From an uncultured Chloroflexia bacterium (GTDB lineage: Bacteria > Chloroflexota > Limnocylindria > Limnocylindrales > CSP1-4), in the NCBI GenBank assembly GCA_963813335.1, contig CAWEYL010000003.1, positions 32,001-96,000 of the forward strand: a DNA stretch of 64,000 nt, in the 5' to 3' direction. The notes beneath the pieces were generated by a model that saw nothing but the letters and a program-made list of their open reading frames with translations, had not been told where the DNA came from and ran no database searches. Below are positions 12,647-22,029 of this stretch, in pieces (positions within the stretch are counted from its first letter, which is position 1; every line of letters starts with the position of its first letter). Made by a program: the position numbers and the translations under genes.

Positions 12647-12734
12647 CGGACGATGCTAGCGGATGGTCCGCGCGGGATGTCCAGTGCGATGGTCCGGTCC
12701 GGCGTAGCCCTCGCGGCCCGCCGGCTCGACGGCC

Positions 12735-13592
12735 TTACGGCTCGTCGAGCTCGTCCGGCTCCTCCTCGAAGGCCTCGTCCGTGGTCGATTCGGGCGGGAG
12801 CACGCGATCGAGGTCCTCGATCTCGTCGTCCTCGTCGTCGTCCTCGAGGTCCTCCTCGAGGTCCATCTCCTCGCGGACGAGGGTGCCCTTGGTGTACGGG
12901 CGCAGGTCGGTCGACTTGGCGGCGGTCGGGAAGCTGACCTTGCCGTAGTTGCGCGGGTCCTGGAAGACCTCGCGGATGATGATCCGCACGTCCTTGTCGC
13001 CGAGCGAGGTCACGCCCGCGGCGTACTTGTTGCCATCGGCCATGAGCTTGAGCAGGCGGGCCGCCACGCGCGGCTCGACCACGCCGATGCGCTTGCCGTT
13101 GCTGATCGCGATCAGGCGGTTGCCCTCGGGGATCAGCTCGACGTTGTCGCCCGGGTTGATCTGGGCCAGCTCGCGTGGCGTGGCGAGATCGGTCAGGAAG
13201 GCGAACCCGGTCTTGCCGGTCTCCTCGACGAAGATCGAGACCGGCGCCTTGCTGCCCTCCTGGGCCGGGACCGTCTTCTCGCCGGCGGCCACGAGGAGCA
13301 TCTTCAGCCGGTCGATGTTCCGTTCGGCGATCCGGTTGGTGGGGTCGAGCGCCAGCGCCGTCTGGTAGTGCTCGCGGGCCGAGCCGAGCTCGCCCAGCTC
13401 CCAGAGGGCCTTCGCGAGGCGGTTCTCCGCCTCGGCGTCCGGGCCGAGCTCGAGGAGCTTGCGGTTGGTGGCGGCGGCATCGGCCCACTGGGCCGCCGAC
13501 GCCTGGGCGATCGCCTGGTCCGCCAGCTGGCGCTTCGTGCGCGTGAGGTTGACGGGGCTCTGGGCCTGGGTCTCGACGTCGGGGAAGGTCAC
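12735..13592 (-). CDS. TPR protein with C-terminal beta (HIRAN-like) domain and acidic tail
   Basis: TPR AENRLAKALWELGELGSAREHYQTALALDPTN; FVEETGKT...GDNVEL...IGVVEP...GNKY; D/E-rich C-terminus; start uncertain. Confidence 0.8.
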   Translation of the reverse strand: MTFPDVETQAQSPVNLTRTKRQLADQAIAQASAAQWADAAATNRKLLELGPDAEAENRLAKALWELGELGSAREHYQTALALDPTNRIAERNIDRLKMLLVAAGEKTVPAQEGSKAPVSIFVEETGKTGFAFLTDLATPRELAQINPGDNVELIPEGNRLIAISNGKRIGVVEPRVAARLLKLMADGNKYAAGVTSLGDKDVRIIIREVFQDPRNYGKVSFPTAAKSTDLRPYTKGTLVREEMDLEEDLEDDDEDDEIEDLDRVLPPESTTDEAFEEEPDELDEP

Positions 13593-13784
13593 GAGGGCGT
13601 ACGTCCTTTCGGGGCGCGGCGGACCCGGGCGCGGGTCATCGGAGGGAGCGCGCGGCGGCCGCGGCGCAAGCAAGGCTTTCTACCACCGGGCGGCCGGGAC
13701 GTCAAACGTCCGGGTGGTCGGAGGTCGGTCTGGTGGGCGCCTGGCACGTTGCCCATCGGGACTCCTGCGGACCGGGCCTAACCG

Positions 13785-13972
13785 GGCAGGATGCTCATGA
13801 GGAGAACGTTAGGGCCGATCTCAGGAGCGGACCGGCAGGTCCGCCGATCCCCGACGTCCGCGCCGCGATGGATCCGTGCGTGAAACCGCTGGCGATCGCC
13901 GCTCCTGCCGGCCGGGTTCGCGCTCGGGCAAGGCCGGATCGGCCATAACGTTCTGCCGGTGAACGTCGTGCC
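13785..13972. repeat. Dispersed intergenic element copy A (188 bp, 36-bp imperfect terminal inverted repeats)
   Basis: Left arm 13785-13820 GGCAGGATGCTCATGAGGAGAACGTTAGGGCCGATC; right arm 13937-13972 reverse complement GGCACGACGTTCACCGGCAGAACGTTATGGCCGATC. Confidence 0.85.
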
Positions 13973-14046
13973 GGGTCGGCCACGTGGGCACGGGATCCGC
14001 GACCGGGCGCGTCCTGCGGCTGGGCCGCCCGGCGCCCGGTGCGCCG

Positions 14047-14895
14047 CTAGCCGCGGAGCAGCAGGTTCCAGGCGATCACGATGGCCCCGAGCACGGCCAG
14101 CAGCACGATCTGCCACAGCCAGGTGATGTCGCGGCGGCGCGCGGGCGAGGAGCCATGGACCGCATCCCACAGGTAGAAGGCAAGCGTGAGAAGCGCCGGG
14201 CCGATCAATCGCGGGATGGCCATCGCCCGGATGGCGGCAGCGCCGATCGCGATGGCGGCGGCATAGGTCAGCGCGGACCAGAAGGCGTCGCGCAGGTTGG
14301 TCAGCCGCAACGCCGCCGCCCGATATCCGAGCAGGAAGGCGATCACCGCGTCGCCCGCGGCCAGGATCAGGAGGCTGCCCTCCGGGATCGGCTTGGGGGT
14401 CGCGCCCGAGCCCACCGGTTGGGCGAGCCCGCCCGGGACGATCGCGGCGATCCCGGTGAAACCGATGAACGCCACGACCAGGATCGTGATGAGCACGGAG
14501 GTCCGGTCGGCGTCCGAGATCCCCTCGGGGGCGAGGTGGATCCGCGCCTCGAGCGCGAGCGAGCGCGAGACGAGGTACGCGGTGAGCAGCAGCGCCGGCG
14601 CCAGCCACAGGCCGAACGGGACCAGGCGGATCGCCCCGAGGCAGGCGACCGCGGACACCGAGGGCAGGATCAGCGACTCGATCGGCACGCCCGCCGCGGC
14701 CTCGGACGGCGGGAGCAGGTCCGCCAGCACCTGGAGCGTGCCGAACAGCATCGCGATCAGCAGCAGGACGGCGACCAGCCACAGTGCCGGCGGCTCGAGC
14801 AGGCGCGACAGCCCGACGATCGTCACCGCGGCGAGGGCCAGGTCGCGTCGGGCGTTCCGCTCGTCCATCGCCGGGATGGTACGCGAGGCGGTCAT
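14047..14895 (-). CDS. Multi-pass membrane protein (possibly DUF5656-like)
   Basis: About 9-10 hydrophobic segments; ATG overlaps the polX stop (ATGA). Confidence 0.75.
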   Translation of the reverse strand: MTASRTIPAMDERNARRDLALAAVTIVGLSRLLEPPALWLVAVLLLIAMLFGTLQVLADLLPPSEAAAGVPIESLILPSVSAVACLGAIRLVPFGLWLAPALLLTAYLVSRSLALEARIHLAPEGISDADRTSVLITILVVAFIGFTGIAAIVPGGLAQPVGSGATPKPIPEGSLLILAAGDAVIAFLLGYRAAALRLTNLRDAFWSALTYAAAIAIGAAAIRAMAIPRLIGPALLTLAFYLWDAVHGSSPARRRDITWLWQIVLLAVLGAIVIAWNLLLRG

Positions 14896-16714
14896 GTCCG
14901 CTCCGGCTTCGAGCCCGCCCAGGCGAGCAGCGCGGCGCGATCGCGGGTGTTCACGACGTTCGCGGGCTCGACCCAGGCCCGCCGCGCCTGGCTGATCCCC
15001 CAGCGCACGTAGTCCAGCTCGTCGGTGCGGTGCGCGTCGGAGTCGATCGAGAGGAGGCAGCCGTCGGCGACCGCGCGACGGGCGCGCTCGACGGCGAGGT
15101 CGAGTCGGTGCGGCGAGCCGTTCATCTCGAGCGCGGTCCCGGTCCGCGCGGCCTCGGCATAGACCTGGTCCCACTCGAGGTCGAGGTCGTCGCGGGTGTC
15201 GATCATCCGGCCGGCGGGGTGGGCGATGACGTCGACATGCGGGCTGCGGATCGCGGTGAGCGTCCGCCTGGTCAGCTCGGCCCGCGGCTGGCGCCGGGAG
15301 ACGTGCAGCGAGGCGACGACGAGGTCGAAGCCGGCAAGCAGGTCGTCCTCGTAGTCGAGGTCGCCATCGGCGCGGATCTCCAGCTCGCAGCCGTGGAGCA
15401 GCCGGAAGCCGCCGGGCGGGGTCTCGGGGGCGCGGTCCCGGCCGCCTCCTCGGCGGCGAACCGCGCGTTCAGCGCGGCGATGATCTCGCGCTGCTCGGCG
15501 ACGCGCTCGGGCGTGAGCCCGCGGGCGATCGCCAGCGACTGCGAGTGGTCGGTCAGCACCTGGTAGGCGTAGCCGCGCCGCCGGGCGGCCTCGGCCATGA
15601 CCTCGATGGCGTGCGTCCCGTCGGACCAGTCGGAGTGGCTGTGCAGGTCGCCGCGCAGGTCGGCCAGGGCGATCAGTGCCGGCAGCCGACCGGCCAGCGC
15701 GGCCTCGATCTCGCCGCCGTCCTCGCGCAGCTCGGGCTCGATGAAGGGCAGGCCCAGGAAGGCGTAGGCCTCGGGCTCGGTCGCGACCGTGCGCAGCTCC
15801 GCGGCGTCGCCGGTCAGCGGCGCGCCGTCCTCGCCGATGCGCAGGAAGCCCTTCTCCGAGAGGCTCCAGCCCTGGTCGCGGGCCATCGCCCGCAAGCGGA
15901 CGTTGTGCTCCTTGGAGCCGGTGAAGTGGACGAGATACGTGCCGGCCTCGCCGGGCGGCATGATCATCAGGTCCACCTGCGGGCCGCGCAGCAGCCGGAC
16001 CGCGGCCTTGTAGCCGCCCTGGTTCACGACATGGTCGACGACGCCGAGACCCGTGAACCGCCCGATCAGGCTCGCCGCGTCGTCGGTCTCGGCGAGCAGG
16101 TCGAGATCGCCGATCGATTCCTTGCGACGCCGGAACGAGCCGGCGGGCTCGAGGCGGCGGACGCCCGGCGTGCTGGCCAGGGCCGCGATCATGTCGTCGA
16201 CGTAGCCCTCGGCCTTGTCGAGCAGCATCCGGCCCGGGTTCGCGTCGAGCCGGGCGATGCCCTCGAGCACGAGCACCTCGGTCCTGGCCGACATGCCGCG
16301 CAGGCCGCGCAGGCGCCCGCCCTCGGCGGCCGCGCGCAGCTCGTCCATCGAGGCGATGCCCAGCTCCTCGTGGAGCTGGCGGACGGTCTTGGGGCCGAGG
16401 CCCGGGATGCGCAGCAGGTCGACCAGGCCGGGCGGGATCTCGGCCTTGAGCCGCTCGTGGTACGCGAGCCGCCCGGTCGTGGCCAGCTCGGCGACCTTGT
16501 CGCTGATCGCAGCGCCGACGCCCGGGATCCGCGGCGGCGTGCCGGAGCGGTAGGCCGCGACGAGGTCGACCGGGCTGCGCCCGATGGCGTCCGCGGCGCG
16601 GTGGTAGGCGACGGTCTTGAAGACGAGCTCGCCCTTGACCTCGAGCATGTCGCCGATCTCGTGGAAGATCCGGGCGAGGTCGCCGTTGGTCAGCTCGGCG
16701 GGGTCGTCGGTCAC
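14892..16714 (-). CDS. polX: DNA polymerase X / PHP 3'-5' exonuclease; apparent frameshift in the G run at ~15428
   Basis: HhH motifs IPGVG and IPGLGPK, GSFRRRKESIGDLDLL, HFTGSKEHN, PHP motifs DLHSHS, LTDHS, DSDAH. Confidence 0.93.
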
Positions 16715-16730
16715 GCCCCGATGGTAGCGG

Positions 16731-18134
16731 CTACGCGGCGACGACCCGGTTGCGGCCGGCCCGCTTCGCGCGGTAGAGCGCCCGGTCGGCCCGCTCGACG
16801 AGGTCGCCGATGGGCTCGTCCTCGTACTCGGCGACGGCGACGCCGACGGAGACCGTGACCGAGGGCAGGCGCAGCGCGGTCAGGTCGAGCCCCGCCACCG
16901 CGGCGCGGACGCGCTCGCCGACCTCGAGGGCGACCGCCGGACCCGGGTTGCGCAGCAGCACGACGAACTCCTCGCCGCCGTAGCGCGCCGGGACGTCATC
17001 GTCGCGGACCGCGCGGACGATGGACCCGCCGACCGCCCGCAACACCTCGTCCCCGACGCCGTGGCCGTGGCGGTCGTTGAGGGCCTTGAACCGGTCGATG
17101 TCGATCATCAGCACCCCGACCGCGTCCTCGGCCCGGCGACGGCGGGCCAGCAACGCGCAGAACTCGTCGAAGTAGCGGCGGTTGGGGAGCCCGGTCAGCG
17201 CGTCGGTCGAGGCGTGCAGCTCGGCGGTCCGCTGCGAGCCCGCCCGCGACATGGCGACGGACGCTTCCGCGGCGGCGCCCTGGAGCAGCCGCCTGGTGGC
17301 CTCGGGCCACGGCTCCGGCGAGCGGCGCGACAGCACGATCGCCCCGGCCATCCCGTCGCGGGCGATGAGCGGGACGGCGAGCGTGTTGCCGAGGCCATAG
17401 ACGCCGCGGACGCGGTCCGCTATCCGGTCCGCGATCGCCTGCGCGGTGAGGTCCGCGATCGTGGGTGCGGCGGCTGTCCGGGCGGGGCCGCGGTCGAGCC
17501 GCTGCGGGATGCCGCTGACCCTCGAAGCGAAGCCGCTCCAGCGGCTCCCGGCCCCCACCGGGACGCGGGCCTCCGCCCGGACGCCGGCCCGCTCGGGGAC
17601 GGCCGCCTCGACCTCGGCGACGATGGGGATCGCGACCGGCGTCCTGGCCCGGGTCGGGGCGTCCACCGGGTCGGACAGGTCCGAGATCGGGAGCAGGGTC
17701 GTCGACGGCGGCACACCCCGGCGGACGCTGATCAGCGTGGCCTGCAGGGCCCGCGCATCGGGGCGGCGCAGGGCGACCACCAGGTGGTCAGCGCCGCTTG
17801 CGGCGGCCAGCTCCTCGACGATGGCGCCGACGATCGCGTCCTCGGACACGGAGCGCGACAGCCCGGACATGATCCGCGCGAACGATTCGGCCTCGGCCCG
17901 ACGGCCCTGCTCGAGGGCGATGACGGCTTCGTGGTGGCGGAGCGCGGCCAGGCCGGCGATGGCGACGAGGCCCGCGACGATCCAGTCGAGGGGGCGGGCC
18001 TGCTCGGCGAGCAGCCGGAGGACGAGCAGGGATCCGAGGAGGGCGAACGTGCCGGCGAAGACCCACCAGGAGCGGCGGATCCGTCGGTCCGTCGTCGCTC
18101 CGTCACGACCTGGGCGCAGGTTCGGTTCGCTCAC
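16731..18134 (-). CDS. Membrane-anchored GAF-GGDEF diguanylate cyclase
   Basis: Two N-terminal TM helices, TDALTGLPNRR, DIDRFKALND, RDDD I-site and GGEEF. Confidence 0.92.
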   Translation of the reverse strand: MSEPNLRPGRDGATTDRRIRRSWWVFAGTFALLGSLLVLRLLAEQARPLDWIVAGLVAIAGLAALRHHEAVIALEQGRRAEAESFARIMSGLSRSVSEDAIVGAIVEELAAASGADHLVVALRRPDARALQATLISVRRGVPPSTTLLPISDLSDPVDAPTRARTPVAIPIVAEVEAAVPERAGVRAEARVPVGAGSRWSGFASRVSGIPQRLDRGPARTAAAPTIADLTAQAIADRIADRVRGVYGLGNTLAVPLIARDGMAGAIVLSRRSPEPWPEATRRLLQGAAAEASVAMSRAGSQRTAELHASTDALTGLPNRRYFDEFCALLARRRRAEDAVGVLMIDIDRFKALNDRHGHGVGDEVLRAVGGSIVRAVRDDDVPARYGGEEFVVLLRNPGPAVALEVGERVRAAVAGLDLTALRLPSVTVSVGVAVAEYEDEPIGDLVERADRALYRAKRAGRNRVVAA

Positions 18135-18221
18135 GTCGGATATGGAGGATGGCAGTCCCGAGGCGTCCCGTCCATCCCCCGAGTAGGACCATGGTCCCGG
18201 GTCGGGACCAGTACCTTCGTC

Positions 18222-20414
18222 CTAGGCGGCCTCGGAGGCGGCCGCGGCGGCATGGCCGCCGTCGCGCTTGACCCGGTAGAGCGCCCGGTCCGCGGCCGCG
18301 ATCAGGTCGGTCGGGGTGCGGCCGTCGTCGGGGAAGGTCGCGACCCCGATGGATGCGGCGATCGGCACCGGGCCGCGCTGCTCGCCGACGTACGGGTGGT
18401 CGCGGAACGCGTCGAGGATGCGCCGCGCCGTGGAGGCGGCCTCGGCGGCGTCGGTCTCGGGCAGGATGATCGCGAATTCGTCCCCGCCGTAGCGGGCCGG
18501 GATGTCGGACGCCCGGAGGGTCGAGCGGATCAGCTCCCCCGTCCACGTCAGCACCCGGTCGCCGAAGAGGTGGCCGAAGGTGTCGTTCACCAGCTTGAAG
18601 TCGTCCAGGTCGAGCATCAGGACGCTCAGCGGGCGACGGGCCCGCTGCGCCCGGACGACCTCCTCGCCGAGCCGTTCGTGCAGGAAGCGGTGGTTGTAGA
18701 AGCCAGTCAGCAGGTCGCGGTCAGCGCGGTTGCGGGCGTCCTCGTAGAGGCGCGCGTTCTCGAGGGCCATCGCCGCCTCGTTGGCCATCGTCCTGGCCAG
18801 CTGCAGCCGCTCGAGGTCCCAGGTGATCGGCGTCCGCGAGAAGAGCTCGACGAGGCCGATGGCCTGGCCCTTGGCGACGAGCGGCAGCATCGCGAGGACG
18901 TGGTTGCCGTCGTGGACGAGCAGCTCGACTTCGGCGCGATCCGCCCGCGGGTCGTCGACGTCGATGATCACGGGCTCCTGGTGGGTGAGCACGCGCAGGG
19001 TCTCCGGGTACCCGGAGACGTCGTAGTACGGGTCCATCGTGTCGATCCGCGACTCGGGGTAGTAGCCGAGCGAGTCGACCCGGCCGGCGGGCCGGTCCCA
19101 GTAGCTGATGGCGCACTCGTCGACGCCCATGGCGCGGGCGAGATGGCCGGCCATCAGGTTGGCGACCTGCCGCGGGTCCAGGCTCTCGGACAGCTCGGCG
19201 CTCATGTCGAGCAGCCGCCGCAGCTCGCCGGCGAGGTCCTGGGTCCGAGCCAGCAGCCGGGCGGACTCGATGGCCGTGGCGGCCTGGTCGGCGAGGATCG
19301 TGAGGAGCCGGAGGTCATCGTCGTCGAACTGGCGCAGCCCGAGCTTCGAGAGGGTGATGACGCCGACCGTCGCCTCGTCGTAGCGCATCGGCACGACGAG
19401 CATCGATTCGTCGACGTCGTCCGTGCCCGGGATCGTCGAGCCGCGAGAGTCGAGGTTGGCGTCGTTGATGAGGAGTGGCTTGCCGCGCTGGGCGACCCAG
19501 CCCGTGAACCCCTCGCCGAGCTTGCAGCGGAGGACCTCGAAGTCGACCTGCTCATACGCGCCGACGGTCCCCTCGAACGCGATCGGCACGACGTCGCCGC
19601 CCTCGAGGACGTAGACGCGGGCGTTGTGGTAGTCGATGATCCGCCGGGTCTCCTCGACCACGGTCCGGCCGATGCCCTCGATGGTCCCGGCCCGGCTCAG
19701 CCGGGCGGAGGCCGCCTGGAGGACGCCGAGCTGCGCGGCGCGCGCCTCGGTCTGCTCGAAGAGCTCGGCATTCGTGAGCGCGATGGCCGCATGCGTTGCC
19801 AGGGTGGTGATGAACGCCACGTCGCTGTCGGTCCACTCGCGCGGCTCGAACGTGACGGCCGCCAGCGAGCCGATGACCCGGTCGTGATGGATGAGCGGCG
19901 CGATCAGCTCGCCGGCGAACTCGAGGACCCCGTCGTAGCGCTCGTAGCCATGCTTCCGGACCCCGCGCACGTCGTCGCGGGCGACCACCCGGCCGGAGCG
20001 CAGCACCTCGCCGGCCCAGCCCTCATCGCGGTGGAAGACGGGGAGGCTGGCCGCGACCTCGTCGCCGATGCCGGCCCAGGCCGCGACATCGAGCCGGTCG
20101 TCACGGAGGATCCGGATGGTCGTGCTGTCCGCGCGGAGGGCGCGCATGGTCTCGTCGACGATCGTGCGGAACAGCTCCTGGCGGTCGTGCGAAGCCGCCA
20201 GCCGCTCGGCGATGCCGAGCACCGAATCGAGGCGCTCGGCGAGCTCGACCTCGAGCGGGCGGGCCTTGGCCGCCGGCAGCGCGGCCAGCGGTTCGCCCTG
20301 CGCCCGCAGCAGGCCGCGGAAGAGCGCCGGCCCGCCGCCGCCCTTGGACGCGTCGGACCGAGCGGACCCGGGCAGCCCGGGTTCGCGCTCGTCGCTGGCC
20401 TGACGCACGCTCAC
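18222..20414 (-). CDS. Triple-GAF GGDEF diguanylate cyclase
   Basis: Three GAF repeats ending AIALTNAELF, AIESARL and ALENARLYE; DLDDFKLVND; RASD I-site and GGDEF. Confidence 0.93.
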   Translation of the reverse strand: MSVRQASDEREPGLPGSARSDASKGGGGPALFRGLLRAQGEPLAALPAAKARPLEVELAERLDSVLGIAERLAASHDRQELFRTIVDETMRALRADSTTIRILRDDRLDVAAWAGIGDEVAASLPVFHRDEGWAGEVLRSGRVVARDDVRGVRKHGYERYDGVLEFAGELIAPLIHHDRVIGSLAAVTFEPREWTDSDVAFITTLATHAAIALTNAELFEQTEARAAQLGVLQAASARLSRAGTIEGIGRTVVEETRRIIDYHNARVYVLEGGDVVPIAFEGTVGAYEQVDFEVLRCKLGEGFTGWVAQRGKPLLINDANLDSRGSTIPGTDDVDESMLVVPMRYDEATVGVITLSKLGLRQFDDDDLRLLTILADQAATAIESARLLARTQDLAGELRRLLDMSAELSESLDPRQVANLMAGHLARAMGVDECAISYWDRPAGRVDSLGYYPESRIDTMDPYYDVSGYPETLRVLTHQEPVIIDVDDPRADRAEVELLVHDGNHVLAMLPLVAKGQAIGLVELFSRTPITWDLERLQLARTMANEAAMALENARLYEDARNRADRDLLTGFYNHRFLHERLGEEVVRAQRARRPLSVLMLDLDDFKLVNDTFGHLFGDRVLTWTGELIRSTLRASDIPARYGGDEFAIILPETDAAEAASTARRILDAFRDHPYVGEQRGPVPIAASIGVATFPDDGRTPTDLIAAADRALYRVKRDGGHAAAAASEAA

Positions 20415-20595
20415 GTCCCGATGGTGGCACCGCGGGGCCGTTCCATCGGCACGCCAGCGGTCAGGACGTGGCCCGTACGGACGTACCGGGTGCCGGCCGA
20501 CACCGGGCTCGTTGACCGTCCCGGAAGGCCGGGTCTACACTCCGCCCGGGCCGACTCCCGGAACGCCGCGGAACCGGCCGTCCCATCCCGTACCC

Positions 20596-20718
20596 AAGAG
20601 GTCAGCGCCCCATCGTGGACGACGGTCCCAGTCGACGCGACGCCGCCCGAGGCGTCGTCACCAGGCACTCGGTCCGCTCCGCTCCCTGACGGCTGACCGC
20701 GGCCCCGCAAGGGTCGCG
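20596..20718 (+). promoter_or_regulatory. Structured 5' leader, candidate metal-responsive cis-regulatory RNA
   Basis: GGTCAGC (20600-20606) pairs with GCTGACC (20692-20698), enclosing hairpin CGACGCC/GGCGTCG; a GCAA-tetraloop hairpin follows; TACACT -10-like hexamer at ~20536; lies upstream of metal-transport genes. Confidence 0.45.
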
Positions 20719-20757
20719 CCACCCGCGGCGGACCGGTCCGACCGTGAGGTGGTATCC

Positions 20758-22017
20758 ATGCTCTACCTGAGCCAGGCCATCGGCCGACCCGTGCTCGACG
20801 CCGATGGCGTGCCGCTCGGCCGGGTGGACGATCTCATCGTCGCCCTCGGCGACCGCTATCCGCCCGTGACCGGGCTGGTCCTGCGCACGGACCAGCGCCG
20901 GATCTTCCTGCCCTGGACGTCCGTTGCCACCTTCGATGCCTCCGGTGGCCGGCTGTCGACCGACAAGATCGACATCACCTCCTTCAAGCAGCGCCCGAAC
21001 GAGATCCAGCTGCGCGCCGACCTCCTCGACAAGCAGATCGTCGACATCGACGGCCGCAAGGTCGTGCGCGTCAACGACCTGCGTCTCGACGACGTCGAGG
21101 GGAAGCTCCACCTCGTGGCGGTCGATGTCGGGGCCGCCGGGCTGCTGCGCCGGCTCGGCGTCGAGGGTGCCTTCCGCGTCCTGGCCCGCAACGTCGGCTT
21201 GTCGACCCCGGAGCGCTACATCGACTGGGAGGACGTCGACCCGGTCGAGACCAGCATCGCCTCGATCAAGCTGCGCGTGCCGCACGCGGGCCTCGCCGAG
21301 CTCCACCCGGCCGACCTCGCGACGATCATCGACCAGCTCGCCCCGCGCGACCGCGCCGGCGTCCTGGCGTCACTGGACGACGAGGCCGCGGCCGACGCGA
21401 TCGAGGAGATGGAGCCCGACACCCAGGTCGAGGTCCTCGAGGACCTCGCCCCGGAGCGTGCCGCCGACATCCTCGAGGAGATGTCGCCGGACGACGCGGC
21501 GGACCTCGTGGCCGACCTCTCGGACGAGACCCGCGCGGAGCTGCTGGCGCTCATGGAGCGCGACGAGGCCGACGAGCTCGGCGAGCTGCTCCGCTATCCC
21601 GAGGACACCGCGGGCGGCACGATGACCACGGAGTTCGTCGCCGTGCCGGCCGACCTGTCGGCGGCGGCCACCATCGACCGGCTGCGCGAGCTGGAGCCCG
21701 ACGCCGAGACCATCTACTACGTCTACGTGGTCGACGCCGCGGAGCGGCTGGTGGGGGTCCTCTCGCTGCGTGACCTGATCGTCGCGCCGCCGGCCAGCCC
21801 GATCGGCGAGGTGATGATCCCGGAGCCGGTCGCCGTGGACGTGCTGGCCGATCGCGACGAGGTCGCCACGGTGGTCGCCCGCTACAACCTCCTCGCCGTT
21901 CCCGTGGTGGACGAGGAGAACCGGCTCGTCGGGATCGTCACCGTCGACGACGCGATGGACACCATCCTGCCCGCCGGCTGGCGGCGCCGGCTGCCGCGAC
22001 CCGTCGGGCGCGGCTAG
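20758..22017 (+). CDS. MgtE-like cytosolic protein (PRC-barrel-like, MgtE N-terminal and CBS pair; no TM domain)
   Basis: LHPADLA, YPEDTAGGTMTTE, ETIYYVYVVD, YNLLAVPVVD, GIVTVDDA; ends without an MgtE membrane domain; GAGGTGG RBS. Confidence 0.9.
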   Translation: MLYLSQAIGRPVLDADGVPLGRVDDLIVALGDRYPPVTGLVLRTDQRRIFLPWTSVATFDASGGRLSTDKIDITSFKQRPNEIQLRADLLDKQIVDIDGRKVVRVNDLRLDDVEGKLHLVAVDVGAAGLLRRLGVEGAFRVLARNVGLSTPERYIDWEDVDPVETSIASIKLRVPHAGLAELHPADLATIIDQLAPRDRAGVLASLDDEAAADAIEEMEPDTQVEVLEDLAPERAADILEEMSPDDAADLVADLSDETRAELLALMERDEADELGELLRYPEDTAGGTMTTEFVAVPADLSAAATIDRLRELEPDAETIYYVYVVDAAERLVGVLSLRDLIVAPPASPIGEVMIPEPVAVDVLADRDEVATVVARYNLLAVPVVDEENRLVGIVTVDDAMDTILPAGWRRRLPRPVGRG

Positions 22018-22029
22018 GAGCCCGGTCCG

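Noticed and set aside
20596-20718. Calling the leader an M-box (ykoK) or yybP-ykoY riboswitch
   Set aside because: I could not find their consensus segments; kept only as an unclassified candidate
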